A stretch of 60,358 nucleotides of DNA from a virus. Taxonomy: Duplodnaviria; Caudoviricetes. Under the pieces are notes generated by a model. The model saw nothing but the letters and a program-made list of their open reading frames with translations, was not told the origin of the DNA and ran no database searches. The stretch is from IMG/VR virus record IMGVR_UViG_3300042884_000410, positions 1 through 60,358 of that record; one strand, 5' to 3'. Positions 7,275 through 15,587 of this stretch are shown one piece after another; the stretch's first letter is position 1, and each line of letters opens with the position of its first letter. Position numbers and translations under genes: made by a program.

Positions 7275-8128
7275 TGAAGGCATACATCTACACCCGTGTC
7301 TCAACCACGGATCAGAACCTGACACCTGAGTGGCAGGCCAACGTGTGCATTGCGTACTACGAGAACAGCCTCAAGAAGAAGGGTTACGAACTGGTCGGTG
7401 TGTTCCATGACCACGGTGTGTCGGCCTACAAAATCAACTGGCGTGACAGGCCGAAGGGCAGGGAAGTGTTTGCCATGATGAAGCCTGGGGACATCATCAT
7501 CTGCCCCAAGCAGGACCGTGTCTTCAGGACAACACGCGACAAGGAGAATACCCTTCACTTCCTCCAGCAAACCGGGATCAACATCGCGATCCTCGACTGT
7601 ATGCTGGACACCACCACCGCAGCCGGGAAGTTTGCGGCTTCCATCATCGCTGCCGGTGGCCAGTTTGAGAGCGACACCAAGAGCGAGAGGGCACGGGCTA
7701 CCGCTTCGGTACGCAAGGCACACAAGCTGCCATCGAAGACAAGGCCACCGGCTGGGTGGAAGTATGACAAGCTGATTGACGAACTGATCCCCGACTGGGA
7801 CGAGCGGCGTCTGCTCGCCACGATCTATGACCTGAGGGATCGCGGCATCCAGCACGTTGCTGGCTCTGCCCGCACCCTCAAGGACAAGGGGATCAAGAGG
7901 GACTGCGGCTACGGCTACAACAAGGCGTGGCTCTGCCGTGCATACGGGCAGTTCCTGAGGAACTTCCCTCAAGAAGGGTTCGTCAAGTCACGCGGCAACA
8001 CCAAGGTGGCAGTGAAGGCGGGGCGGGTTAAGTCCTCTCTGTCCCGGGCGGAACGCGAGAGAGTCCTGCGTTCAACCGAAGTCGCCCCAGCTTTGCGGCC
8101 ATTAGCTTCGCAACTTGGCGGGTACTGA
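7274..8128 (+). CDS. Serine recombinase (resolvase catalytic domain plus C-terminal DNA-binding region)
   Basis: YIYTRVST catalytic motif, DHGVSA, QDRVFR, TTTAAGKF, FESDTKSERA. Confidence 0.9.
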   Translation: MKAYIYTRVSTTDQNLTPEWQANVCIAYYENSLKKKGYELVGVFHDHGVSAYKINWRDRPKGREVFAMMKPGDIIICPKQDRVFRTTRDKENTLHFLQQTGINIAILDCMLDTTTAAGKFAASIIAAGGQFESDTKSERARATASVRKAHKLPSKTRPPAGWKYDKLIDELIPDWDERRLLATIYDLRDRGIQHVAGSARTLKDKGIKRDCGYGYNKAWLCRAYGQFLRNFPQEGFVKSRGNTKVAVKAGRVKSSLSRAERERVLRSTEVAPALRPLASQLGGY

Positions 8129-8582
8129 TGCCCCTGTCCCTGGCCATCTGCCGGATGCTGGTTCCCTCTATGACATGATCCGTGATCCACTGCCGATCCT
8201 CGGCGGGCATGGCATGGAGGGCAACCAGCATCTCGGCGGGTGGCCCATCTTCTTCACGGGCCGGGAGTTTTCTTTCAACAACTTCCAGCGTCACCCGGTA
8301 CACGCTCCTAGACAGGGCACCCAGCCCACCATTGGAGCGTATCTCTGACCTACAACTCTTCAGTAGCTCATGCAGAATCGCCCGTGAGAAGTAAGCACTC
8401 ATCCCCCTGGCGGGATCGTAAGTGCGGGCGGCTACCACACAGGCAAGGCGAGCGGCAGACTCCAGGTCTTCCCTATCTACCACCTCCCGAAGGCACGGGT
8501 AGGACTCCAGAAAGTAGTGCAGGCACGGAGGGATTAGCTCCAGTGCCCGCTCTGCATAGCCCTGTTGTACTCGGGTCAGCAT
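8028..8582 (-). CDS. Sigma70/ECF-like sigma factor
   Basis: Region-2-like EDLESAARLA..AARTYDPARGMSAY; region-4-like GTSIRQMARDRGISTRQV. Confidence 0.8.
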   Translation of the reverse strand: MLTRVQQGYAERALELIPPCLHYFLESYPCLREVVDREDLESAARLACVVAARTYDPARGMSAYFSRAILHELLKSCRSEIRSNGGLGALSRSVYRVTLEVVERKLPAREEDGPPAEMLVALHAMPAEDRQWITDHVIEGTSIRQMARDRGISTRQVAKLMAAKLGRLRLNAGLSRVPPGTERT

Positions 8583-8585
8583 TAT

Positions 8586-8762
8586 CTACATGCGCGCAGA
8601 GGTTGCCTCCCTATACACGCGGCTGCAATGAATCTCATAGCAGTCCCGACAACGCACATCTTCCGTGGTCATGCCGTATGGGTCAACAGTAACCGTGGCC
8701 TTCTTGCCACAGTCAACGCACTCACCAGGGAACCCGGGTTGGCTTGTCTCTTCGCTTGCCAT
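8586..8762 (-). CDS. Small Zn-finger protein, 58 aa (not in ORF track)
   Basis: GAGGAG RBS; CVDC...CRDC. Confidence 0.65.
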   Translation of the reverse strand: MASEETSQPGFPGECVDCGKKATVTVDPYGMTTEDVRCRDCYEIHCSRVYREATSARM

Positions 8763-9066
8763 GAGCGTACTCCTCTATCTTTTTACGGGCCACTTCGGGG
8801 GAAACCTGGAGGAGTTCGCAGCAATCCTCCATCGTAACCACGCCAACCCCACCGTTCAGCCACCGCTCGGCGGCAGCCCAGTCATCCCGTTGCTGCATGG
8901 CCCAGGAGCGGCAGGCAAAAGCCTCAACCCCCCGGGCCTGCCGGTAAAGGTTACGGCTCTCTGCCATCTTCTGGGCGGCATCATGCAGGAGCCCCACGCA
9001 CAGTAACCTCCAGCCCCCTTGCAGGGTCAGGTTGTCGAGGTGCCGTGTCTCTATGTCGCCAGTCAT
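8722..9066 (-). CDS. Hypothetical protein, 114 aa
   Basis: Coupled ORF; AERWLNGG..TMEDCCELL. Confidence 0.75.
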   Translation of the reverse strand: MTGDIETRHLDNLTLQGGWRLLCVGLLHDAAQKMAESRNLYRQARGVEAFACRSWAMQQRDDWAAAERWLNGGVGVVTMEDCCELLQVSPEVARKKIEEYAHGKRRDKPTRVPW

Positions 9067-9389
9067 TTCTTGGCCTCCGTATCTATCGCCATCAGGAGGT
9101 TCGCTGCGGCGTGACCCAGGTGATCCTCTGACTGGTCGCCAGCCAAGAAGCTGTAGATGTGGCTCAACGCATGGTTCAATATGTCGCTGACCGGGAACCC
9201 CTTCTCCCAGTTGTTGGTGCCGTACTTCTCCGCACCCTCTGCCATCGTCAGGGCGACTCGCTTGAGCCCGATGAGGGGGACGAGGTCATAGCGTTCGGCA
9301 AGGTGGGATCGCCGCGCCCCGGTGTCATAGAGCTTGAAAGCATCGACACCAGCCGGGGAAGGTCGGTCAACCTCAGTGTGATCAGCCAG
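9063..9389 (-). CDS. DUF5664 (dATP/dGTP diphosphohydrolase-type) protein; start uncertain
   Basis: TGARRS..RYDLVP..GAEKYGTNNWEKG..HALSH..EDHLGHAAAN; nearest plausible start is CTG at 9389. Confidence 0.8.
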   Translation of the reverse strand: MADHTEVDRPSPAGVDAFKLYDTGARRSHLAERYDLVPLIGLKRVALTMAEGAEKYGTNNWEKGFPVSDILNHALSHIYSFLAGDQSEDHLGHAAANLLMAIDTEAKK

Positions 9390-9667
9390 TCTGTCCGTTT
9401 CTTCTTGTGACAGACCACGGCTAACTTGCTCATGCCAGCTTCTTGCACGGCTCGCTCCATCGTTGGGTGGATCGATAAGGCTTCCACCATCTTGCTCTCC
9501 ACATGGAGAAGCGGAACCTCCGCTATCACTAGGTCCGCTGCCCCACCCTCCACACAACCGTTGAACTGCTGCGACCGACGCGCCGATTCCCATCCCATCA
9601 CCTCCCTTAGTGTTTGTGCTAGTAACCTTTCTGCCCTCGCCCCCTTGGCCCTGCTATTCAACGGCAT
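9248..9667 (-). CDS. Holliday junction resolvase (Hjc-like PD-(D/E)xK)
   Basis: NSRAKGARAER...RRSQQF..G.ADL...HVESK. Confidence 0.85.
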   Translation of the reverse strand: MPLNSRAKGARAERLLAQTLREVMGWESARRSQQFNGCVEGGAADLVIAEVPLLHVESKMVEALSIHPTMERAVQEAGMSKLAVVCHKKKRTDWLITLRLTDLPRLVSMLSSSMTPGRGDPTLPNAMTSSPSSGSSESP

Positions 9668-9914
9668 GACCACCCTCCGCTTCTCTCTTAGCAATCTGCT
9701 TCTTCAACCAAGCTGGCAGCTTGGGTTTGTGCCCCAGGAATACATACCTGTGCTGCACCCGGAGCGATCCCTCATGAGTGGTCTTCAGTGCGTGTCTGTA
9801 GGTGAACCTCCTGCCTTCGCAGTCATAGGTCAGGTACTCCACCAGATCAGACTCATGCAGCTTCTCGGCCCTCCCACACAGCGGGCCACCCACATAGACA
9901 ACTCGACGTTTCAT
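9654..9914 (-). CDS. Hypothetical protein, 86 aa
   Basis: AAGGAG RBS; YVGGPLCG motif. Confidence 0.7.
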   Translation of the reverse strand: MKRRVVYVGGPLCGRAEKLHESDLVEYLTYDCEGRRFTYRHALKTTHEGSLRVQHRYVFLGHKPKLPAWLKKQIAKREAEGGHAVE

Positions 9915-10222
9915 GCTTGCTCCTTCACGAAGACACCACCCGAAACCATCTTGCCCTTCCGATCCTTGATCTCCTCATGGGCCGCAGCCAAACACACAGG
10001 CAGCGTCAGGCCGCACAGCTTGGACAGGATGACCAGCACCACGGTGCAGTCACCGATGCCGTCCACGATCCCAGCCTCATCACCCTTGACGATGGCATCA
10101 CACAACTCACCCACCTCAGACACCAACTTGAGAGCCTGGGCCTTGGCGTTGCTGTGCGTGAGGATGTGCCGGTCCTCGGCCCACTTCTCCACCAACTCAA
10201 TCAGGTAGTCCGCACTCTTCAC
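9911..10222 (-). CDS. MazG-like nucleotide pyrophosphohydrolase
   Basis: WAEDR..QALKLVSEVGEL..DGIGD..EIKDRKGKM; GTG start with AGGAG. Confidence 0.85.
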   Translation of the reverse strand: MKSADYLIELVEKWAEDRHILTHSNAKAQALKLVSEVGELCDAIVKGDEAGIVDGIGDCTVVLVILSKLCGLTLPVCLAAAHEEIKDRKGKMVSGGVFVKEQA

Positions 10223-10292
10223 GGCATCTCTCCTCGGGGTTAGGGCAGCGGAAACGATCTGTTGCTTGACTGTCATGCAGCGGTGTAGGTAC

Positions 10293-10553
10293 TCAGGCAT
10301 TCTCCACCTCGGCCACGAACAGGGGCCCGTGCTTCCCCATGTACGCGCCCAGCGTATTGAAGTGCAGGAACTCCTCGGCTCCCTCCCTGTCCATGCCGTC
10401 ACGATCCATGAGAATCTGGACGCACTTCTCAAAGGAGTAGACGGCGACCTGGGAGTGATGGTGGTTGGCGGTGACACCGATGAAGGCAGCCTCCAGTCCA
10501 TCAGCCAGGAGCATCTCGGGATTGATCTCAGCCAGCTTGTCTCGGTCCATCAT
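10293..10553 (-). CDS. Phage hypothetical protein
   Basis: ADGLEAAFIG..VAVYS..A.EF..FN.LGAYMG..P; GAGGAG RBS. Confidence 0.8.
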   Translation of the reverse strand: MMDRDKLAEINPEMLLADGLEAAFIGVTANHHHSQVAVYSFEKCVQILMDRDGMDREGAEEFLHFNTLGAYMGKHGPLFVAEVENA

Positions 10554-10990
10554 TCTCCTCGCTCTAGGTAAGGGGCTCGGGATGTAAGGAGTCGAGCGTT
10601 GGCTTTGCGTTCCTCGGCCACCCAATCAGGCAGCGGCTTAGGGTCCTCCTTCAGGCCAGCCCTCCGTAGCAGCTTGGCCAGGAAGGCGAGGTCGAACATC
10701 TCTTCCCCGTCCTCCTCCAACTTGGCAGTGAGGATGTGCCCCAGCGTCAACTCCCTGCGGGAATCACCGTCATGGTGCAGACGATGGCAGTCCTCACAGC
10801 ACGCGAGCAAATTCCTGTGATCGTGAGGATCAAGGCCGCGCCGCCCAACGATGTGGTGCAGGCAGATTGTCTTGCCCCACTTCTTCACATACTTGGGGTG
10901 CCAGCAAATGGCACAGCGTTCAGCCATCACGGCATAGGCTTCTAGCTGCCGATGGATTCGGTCTGACTTCTTACTCACAGAGTCTCCCAT
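10550..10990 (-). CDS. HNH endonuclease
   Basis: CAIC...HHIVGR...RNLLACCEDCHRLHH. Confidence 0.8.
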   Translation of the reverse strand: MGDSVSKKSDRIHRQLEAYAVMAERCAICWHPKYVKKWGKTICLHHIVGRRGLDPHDHRNLLACCEDCHRLHHDGDSRRELTLGHILTAKLEEDGEEMFDLAFLAKLLRRAGLKEDPKPLPDWVAEERKANARLLTSRAPYLERGE

Positions 10991-11436
10991 TTGATGTTGT
11001 CGAGCGGGCAGAAATAGAACTCTTGAGTGTGGTCAACGAACCGGCTGTCAGTCCTGGTGGATACCGTCCACTTGTCACGGGTGTCAGTCTTGACGATGGC
11101 CGCGTGGGTCATGTCGCTATTGAGGATCACATAGGCATAGGGCTTGGGCTTGGCACGGTCGAAGGAGTGACGGGAACACACGATGAACTTGTCCCCGAAT
11201 GGCCAGTCATGCTGACCCGTGAAGTTCGCCGTGAGCCGCTTCACCTCGACACGTTGCTGGATGTAGAGGTCGCCACTGTCTGTGTGATCCTGCCACTCGC
11301 TGCGGGTCTTGGCCTTGGTGATGGGCATGACCACCACCGGGAAGCCACGCTCCTTCAGCCAGCCAGCCACGCGCCACACGGCAGCATGGGACTCATCAAG
11401 GAACTTCAGGAACAGTGAGTGATTGGTGTCTACCAT
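10975..11436 (-). CDS. Putative PD-(D/E)xK nuclease-like protein
   Basis: DSGDL...RVEVK motif. Confidence 0.6.
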   Translation of the reverse strand: MVDTNHSLFLKFLDESHAAVWRVAGWLKERGFPVVVMPITKAKTRSEWQDHTDSGDLYIQQRVEVKRLTANFTGQHDWPFGDKFIVCSRHSFDRAKPKPYAYVILNSDMTHAAIVKTDTRDKWTVSTRTDSRFVDHTQEFYFCPLDNIKWETL

Positions 11437-11500
11437 TGTCGGTCCTGTGTGTATTGAAGACAGGGTTTTGGTGGACCGGACCCTGCGAACCGGGATGGAA

Positions 11501-11854
11501 CTAGAAAGCGTCATCGAAGGCGGCGGCGGATGCAGACTGTTGCTGCTTCTGCCACTTCTGCCAGCCATTGCCTGGGAGGAACGAGCCATCCTTGCCCTTG
11601 CGGCGCGGGAACAACTTGTTGCCCACCCTCGTCTGCCCGAATCCCAGCGTGGCACCACAGTCCTTGCAGACCATTTCGTGGTACACGTTGCCGTCACGCT
11701 CACGGACTGCGGGCACGGTGTTGGCACTGTCGCAGGCACCACACACAGAGTTGCTGAACACCTCCACGGCGGCAGCCAGTTCCGTGAAACAGTCCTTTAC
11801 ATCAGCACCCTCAACCTCAATCTCCAGCCGGTCGGACTTGTGTCGAATCCTCAT
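11501..11854 (-). CDS. Zn-ribbon protein with acidic/aromatic tail (possible SSB analogue)
   Basis: AAGGAGG RBS; CGAC..CKDC; C-terminus QQQSASAAAFDDAF. Confidence 0.65.
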   Translation of the reverse strand: MRIRHKSDRLEIEVEGADVKDCFTELAAAVEVFSNSVCGACDSANTVPAVRERDGNVYHEMVCKDCGATLGFGQTRVGNKLFPRRKGKDGSFLPGNGWQKWQKQQQSASAAAFDDAF

Positions 11855-11982
11855 TGGTTGGCCTCCTTGTGCCATTGGTCAATCACTCTGTCGTTCACTA
11901 CCACTCGGTTCTGAATCTCCCTGCACATGGCTTGGAGTTCTTGGATTGTCAGTTTGCTCAGGTCAATTGTTTCTGTTGGCAT
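11851..11982 (-). CDS. Hypothetical protein, 43 aa (not in ORF track)
   Basis: GAGGGG RBS; MPTETIDLSKLTIQELQAM; ATGA overlap with next gene. Confidence 0.65.
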   Translation of the reverse strand: MPTETIDLSKLTIQELQAMCREIQNRVVVNDRVIDQWHKEANQ

Positions 11983-11994
11983 TACCCCCTCTTT

Positions 11995-12526
11995 TTAGTA
12001 ATCGGCCCCGGTCTATTAACCCTAGTAGGGTGTATCTATGTATCTAGTTATCTTGTTACTGAGTAAGACACTCTTAACAGTGTCCGCTCTTAGGAAACAG
12101 GACGGGTGCAGGGAAAGGTCCGTAGTCGGTTCCCTTTCGGGCAATCCGACTGCGACCCTTTCTCCTCACCGATCTCCTGTCACCTGAGAGCCCAGATTTT
12201 GTGTCCGCTCTTGAGGTATCCAGTGTCTTCAAGGGTCCCTGCTCATAGCATTCACAGGGCTCGTCATCTTCTTTTCCCGATGCTCCGGGTGCAGCTAGGC
12301 TATTTGACTATTAGGGCTTGCCTTTGGGTTGTGCTGCGCCGACCGTCACCACCACGATTACCCGTGGCCCTCCGTCTGATAACCCTTTAAATGTAAGCCC
12401 ATCAGATCAGGGCCAACATCGACCGACTGCCTTGTTCTCCGTCCCCTTCAGGCGTATGGGGTAGTGTGATCAATAGCGTTACCCTGCCGTTGAATTTCTG
12501 GCAAGGGTTTGGTCAAAAGATTTCTG
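11995..12526. other. Long structured non-coding region (candidate origin or ncRNA)
   Basis: No convincing ORF; ~104-nt hairpin 12087-12190, hairpins 12210-12233 and 12366-12414; 12-bp direct repeat GTGTCCGCTCTT at 12080 and 12201. Confidence 0.6.
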
Positions 12527-14104
12527 TTACCACTGGCCAACAGATTCCTCTGCTAGCACAGCTTCTCTCCGATCCACCTCTTGCTTCACGGCAGCCGACC
12601 ACATGGCATTCAATTTCCCCTCCCTCAACATCCACTGGAGGTAGGACAAGGGCACCACAGGGTCGCGCAGGGGCCTTCCTCGCCATCTGCCAAAGGGCAC
12701 CCTGAATCCACGCACGGTGGGAGTCTTGGCATCAGGGCGGGCGAACAGGTCGCGGGACCGGGAATCGAAGGTGACCCCGATGACCAGCTTCTTCCTCCGC
12801 TCCTTCTCGGCCTCCCGCTCCAGCCGCTCCATCTCCTTGAGGGCATCAAGCTCTGCCTGCAAGCTGGCATCCAGTTCATCAAGGGTCACTTCCTCGTCAG
12901 CGTTCTCCTCCTTGATCTTGTCGATGATCTCCTTCGGCCCGCTCAGGAGCATCTCAATGGCAGTGACCGGGGAGTGGAACCGGCTGGTGTTCGTGATGTC
13001 GTGGAAAATCCAGTCCGGCTTGGCACTGGCAGCGATGGCAGCCAGCCTCTCCTCTGCCGTGTGCAGTCCATCTAGGGTCCCGGTCAGTGCCCTGGTCCCC
13101 CGTCCCAGACCTTGAAGGAACGTGCCCTTCGATTTCGTGGGGGCCGCATTGAAAATCTCGTTGACCTGAGGGCAATCCCAGCCGCGCCCAAGCACCCGGC
13201 AATTGGTAATGAGAGTGTTCTCGCCGCTCTCAAACTTCTTGATCTCGGCCTCTCGCTCCTCGGGGTTCTGCTCCCCCCAGACGCACGAAACCTTGAGCCC
13301 ATAGCGGTCGGTCAGCATCTCCCTGATGGCCTTTGCCTGGGGCACAGACCGGCAGCGGATTACACCGTGACTCTTCTTGTGGTGCTGCTTCACCAGTTGA
13401 CATATGTCATGCCGGACAGACTCGGACATGAGGATGCCGTCGATCTCATGGGGCAGGAAGTCCACCTTCGTCTTGGTAAGGGCATCGAAGTTAATGGACT
13501 TGACGGTGTGGACAATGACCCTCGGCTTTACCAGCCAGCCCTGCTTGAAGGCTTCCATTAGCTCCATTGAGTAGGGGCATGAGGTGTAGAAGCCGAACAG
13601 CGGGCTGTGTTTGTCGGCTCGGTGGGGTGTAGCTGTTACTCCCAGCACCCTCGCCCCGGCGGCGATGAACTCCTGCATCATCTCCCTGAACTTCACAGAG
13701 AAATGAATGTCAGCCTCGTCAATAATGATCAGGTCAACGTGCCCGACAAACCGCTTGTACCTGCCATTCATTTTCAAGGTCTGGTGGGTAGCCACGATCC
13801 ACTCGTCGCCAGCATCCGCCTTGAGGATGGCCTGTTCGACCGATGCCACCCGGCCCCGCAGCCTGCGGATGGTGGCCACGGTCTGCTTGTTCACGGCATC
13901 CTGGCCCGACACCACCATCACCCTTGCCCCTTCGCGGGGCAGGGCGACGAACGCGGTGGTCTTCCCGACACCCGTAGGCAGGACGAGAAGAACAGCTTGG
14001 TGCCCATCTCGGTATGCCTGCCGGATGGCGACGATGGCTTCCTTCTGGTAGGGGCGAAGCACATCGGTGTCGAACAGGGGCAGGAAGACTTGTCCTTTCT
14101 TCAT
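12527..14104 (-). CDS. Superfamily 2 (DEAD/ResIII-like) helicase
   Basis: LRPYQ, LPTGVGKT, IIDEAD, GVTATPHR, QGLGRGTR; C-terminal PFGRWRG..P.SYLQW module. Confidence 0.9.
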   Translation of the reverse strand: MKKGQVFLPLFDTDVLRPYQKEAIVAIRQAYRDGHQAVLLVLPTGVGKTTAFVALPREGARVMVVSGQDAVNKQTVATIRRLRGRVASVEQAILKADAGDEWIVATHQTLKMNGRYKRFVGHVDLIIIDEADIHFSVKFREMMQEFIAAGARVLGVTATPHRADKHSPLFGFYTSCPYSMELMEAFKQGWLVKPRVIVHTVKSINFDALTKTKVDFLPHEIDGILMSESVRHDICQLVKQHHKKSHGVIRCRSVPQAKAIREMLTDRYGLKVSCVWGEQNPEEREAEIKKFESGENTLITNCRVLGRGWDCPQVNEIFNAAPTKSKGTFLQGLGRGTRALTGTLDGLHTAEERLAAIAASAKPDWIFHDITNTSRFHSPVTAIEMLLSGPKEIIDKIKEENADEEVTLDELDASLQAELDALKEMERLEREAEKERRKKLVIGVTFDSRSRDLFARPDAKTPTVRGFRVPFGRWRGRPLRDPVVPLSYLQWMLREGKLNAMWSAAVKQEVDRREAVLAEESVGQW

Positions 14105-14322
14105 CAGACACCCCCTTCCTGGCGACGACGCTCCTCCCGCTCGGCCTGCGCTTGCAGCCTGCCGTACTTCCCGACCAACTCCTCCCTGAGAATCGTGTAC
14201 TCAGGGGGCGCGTCGATCCCGATCCGCACGGCACCACCTTGGGTGATGTGCGTCACCGTGATCTTGATGTTCCCCGGTTCGATCACGATGGTCTGATTCA
14301 CCCTGCGGCCTAGCACCAACAT
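14104..14322 (-). CDS. csrA: Carbon storage regulator CsrA homolog
   Basis: MLVLGRR..QTIVI..NIKITV....AVRIGIDAP.EY.ILREEL. Confidence 0.9.
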   Translation of the reverse strand: MLVLGRRVNQTIVIEPGNIKITVTHITQGGAVRIGIDAPPEYTILREELVGKYGRLQAQAEREERRRQEGGV

Positions 14323-14879
14323 CACTCACCTCCGTGTGTAATTGGTTCGATTCCCAACGCTCCATCCAACACCGATGACTTCTTTGGTGGTCGCCCCCGA
14401 CGCTTCCTCACTGAAGCATCTGGCTGGCTGCCATCGACAGGTCTGTCTCCTTCTTGTTGGCGAACCTCCCCACCCACCGGGTTGACCATTCGTGCGTTGT
14501 CCACTGGTCTTGAACCCACTTGATCCGCTCGGCCAGATCGTCCGGCACTGGCCTCATCAACCCGCTCCTGGCTGACCGCCGATACTGGGTGTATTGGCTC
14601 CGCAGTTCGTGGAGCCGCAGGTCCGGCATCCGCTTCCTGACCTCTAGGAAGTCCAGCCCCTGCGACACCAGTTCCGACAGAAGCACCTCGTCCTCGTCCG
14701 TCATCTCTCTCAAGCAACCCATCGAAGAAGTTCTCCGCTTGTTCATCCAGGGCCGACTGCATCGTTCGCAACTCCGCGAACAGCAACGGCAAGACTTTCA
14801 TCAGCACGTTGGGCAACTCATTAAGGGTGGCGCGACACAAGTACCCTTCAAGCTGGTCGATGTCGGCTTTAGACAGCAC
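14322..14879 (-). CDS. Hypothetical protein with low-complexity C-terminus and AT-hook
   Basis: GTG start after AGGAGG; KRRGRPPKK. Confidence 0.65.
   Translation of the reverse strand: MLSKADIDQLEGYLCRATLNELPNVLMKVLPLLFAELRTMQSALDEQAENFFDGLLERDDGRGRGASVGTGVAGAGLPRGQEADAGPAAPRTAEPIHPVSAVSQERVDEASAGRSGRADQVGSRPVDNARMVNPVGGEVRQQEGDRPVDGSQPDASVRKRRGRPPKKSSVLDGALGIEPITHGGE
14408..14704 (-). CDS. Nested hypothetical protein, 98 aa (alternative frame)
   Basis: GAGAG then ATG; globular-looking sequence wholly inside 14322-14879. Confidence 0.55.
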   Translation of the reverse strand: MTDEDEVLLSELVSQGLDFLEVRKRMPDLRLHELRSQYTQYRRSARSGLMRPVPDDLAERIKWVQDQWTTHEWSTRWVGRFANKKETDLSMAASQMLQ

Positions 14880-15570
14880 CGGCCACCTCCTCTTCCTTGG
14901 GGAGAAGGGCACCGAACTGGCGGCGCAACTTGCTGATCTCGTCAGCCGTCAGGTCACCTGTCTCAGCCAGCGACTCAGCCTGGGCGAAGACCTTGGCAAG
15001 CTCGGCGGGCAGCTTGGTCAGGGTCTTGCACTTGTTCTCAACCCTCTTGTACAGATCGTTCTTCGCTGCCTTGGGTGCAGGGGCAGGAGCCTTCTCCTTG
15101 GCCACCTCGGCGTTGACTTGAGAGTGAGCTTCCTCGGCTTGCTCCAAGTCTTCGGCACCAACGCTCCAGCCACCGGCAAGCTGGAGGAACAACTGCTTCT
15201 TCGTGTAGGTGCTGGCAGCCTCAAGGGACTGGTTGTCCTCACGCCTGTTGCCGTTCTTGTCGATTTGATCCCGCATCGGCAGGACGCACGACACCCACTC
15301 ACCCGTCTTGTGAACGAGGCGACCGACCATCACCAACTCGGTGCCCATGTAGCCTGTCTGAAACAACGGCATGGGGAAGCCATGCTTGTTCAAGGCAGGC
15401 AGCAAGGCAACACAGATGTCACCGAGAGTCGAGTAATCAAACTTGCCGTACTCATTACGGCCAGTCTTCTTGATCGGCTTGTACTCCATCTGGGCCAGAG
15501 CCAAGGCAGTTACTAGCTGCTTGGTTTCCGGGGATGAGGTTACGCCGCGAATGTAGTTGTCGATCTCCAT
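14869..15570 (-). CDS. erf: ERF-family ssDNA annealing protein
   Basis: ALALAQ..PIKK..N..F.Y.TL.DI...L.H.TGEW...Q....A.TY.K. Confidence 0.85.
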   Translation of the reverse strand: MEIDNYIRGVTSSPETKQLVTALALAQMEYKPIKKTGRNEYGKFDYSTLGDICVALLPALNKHGFPMPLFQTGYMGTELVMVGRLVHKTGEWVSCVLPMRDQIDKNGNRREDNQSLEAASTYTKKQLFLQLAGGWSVGAEDLEQAEEAHSQVNAEVAKEKAPAPAPKAAKNDLYKRVENKCKTLTKLPAELAKVFAQAESLAETGDLTADEISKLRRQFGALLPKEEEVAGAV

Positions 15571-15587
15571 GTGTTACTCCTTTGTTA

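Noticed and set aside
9063-10222. Z-genome or deazaguanine modification system
   Set aside because: No purZ, que/fol genes, dpdA or DNA polymerase recognised.
12476-12504. Minus-strand sigma70 promoter TTGCCA-N17-TAACGC
   Set aside because: The -10 match is too weak to call.
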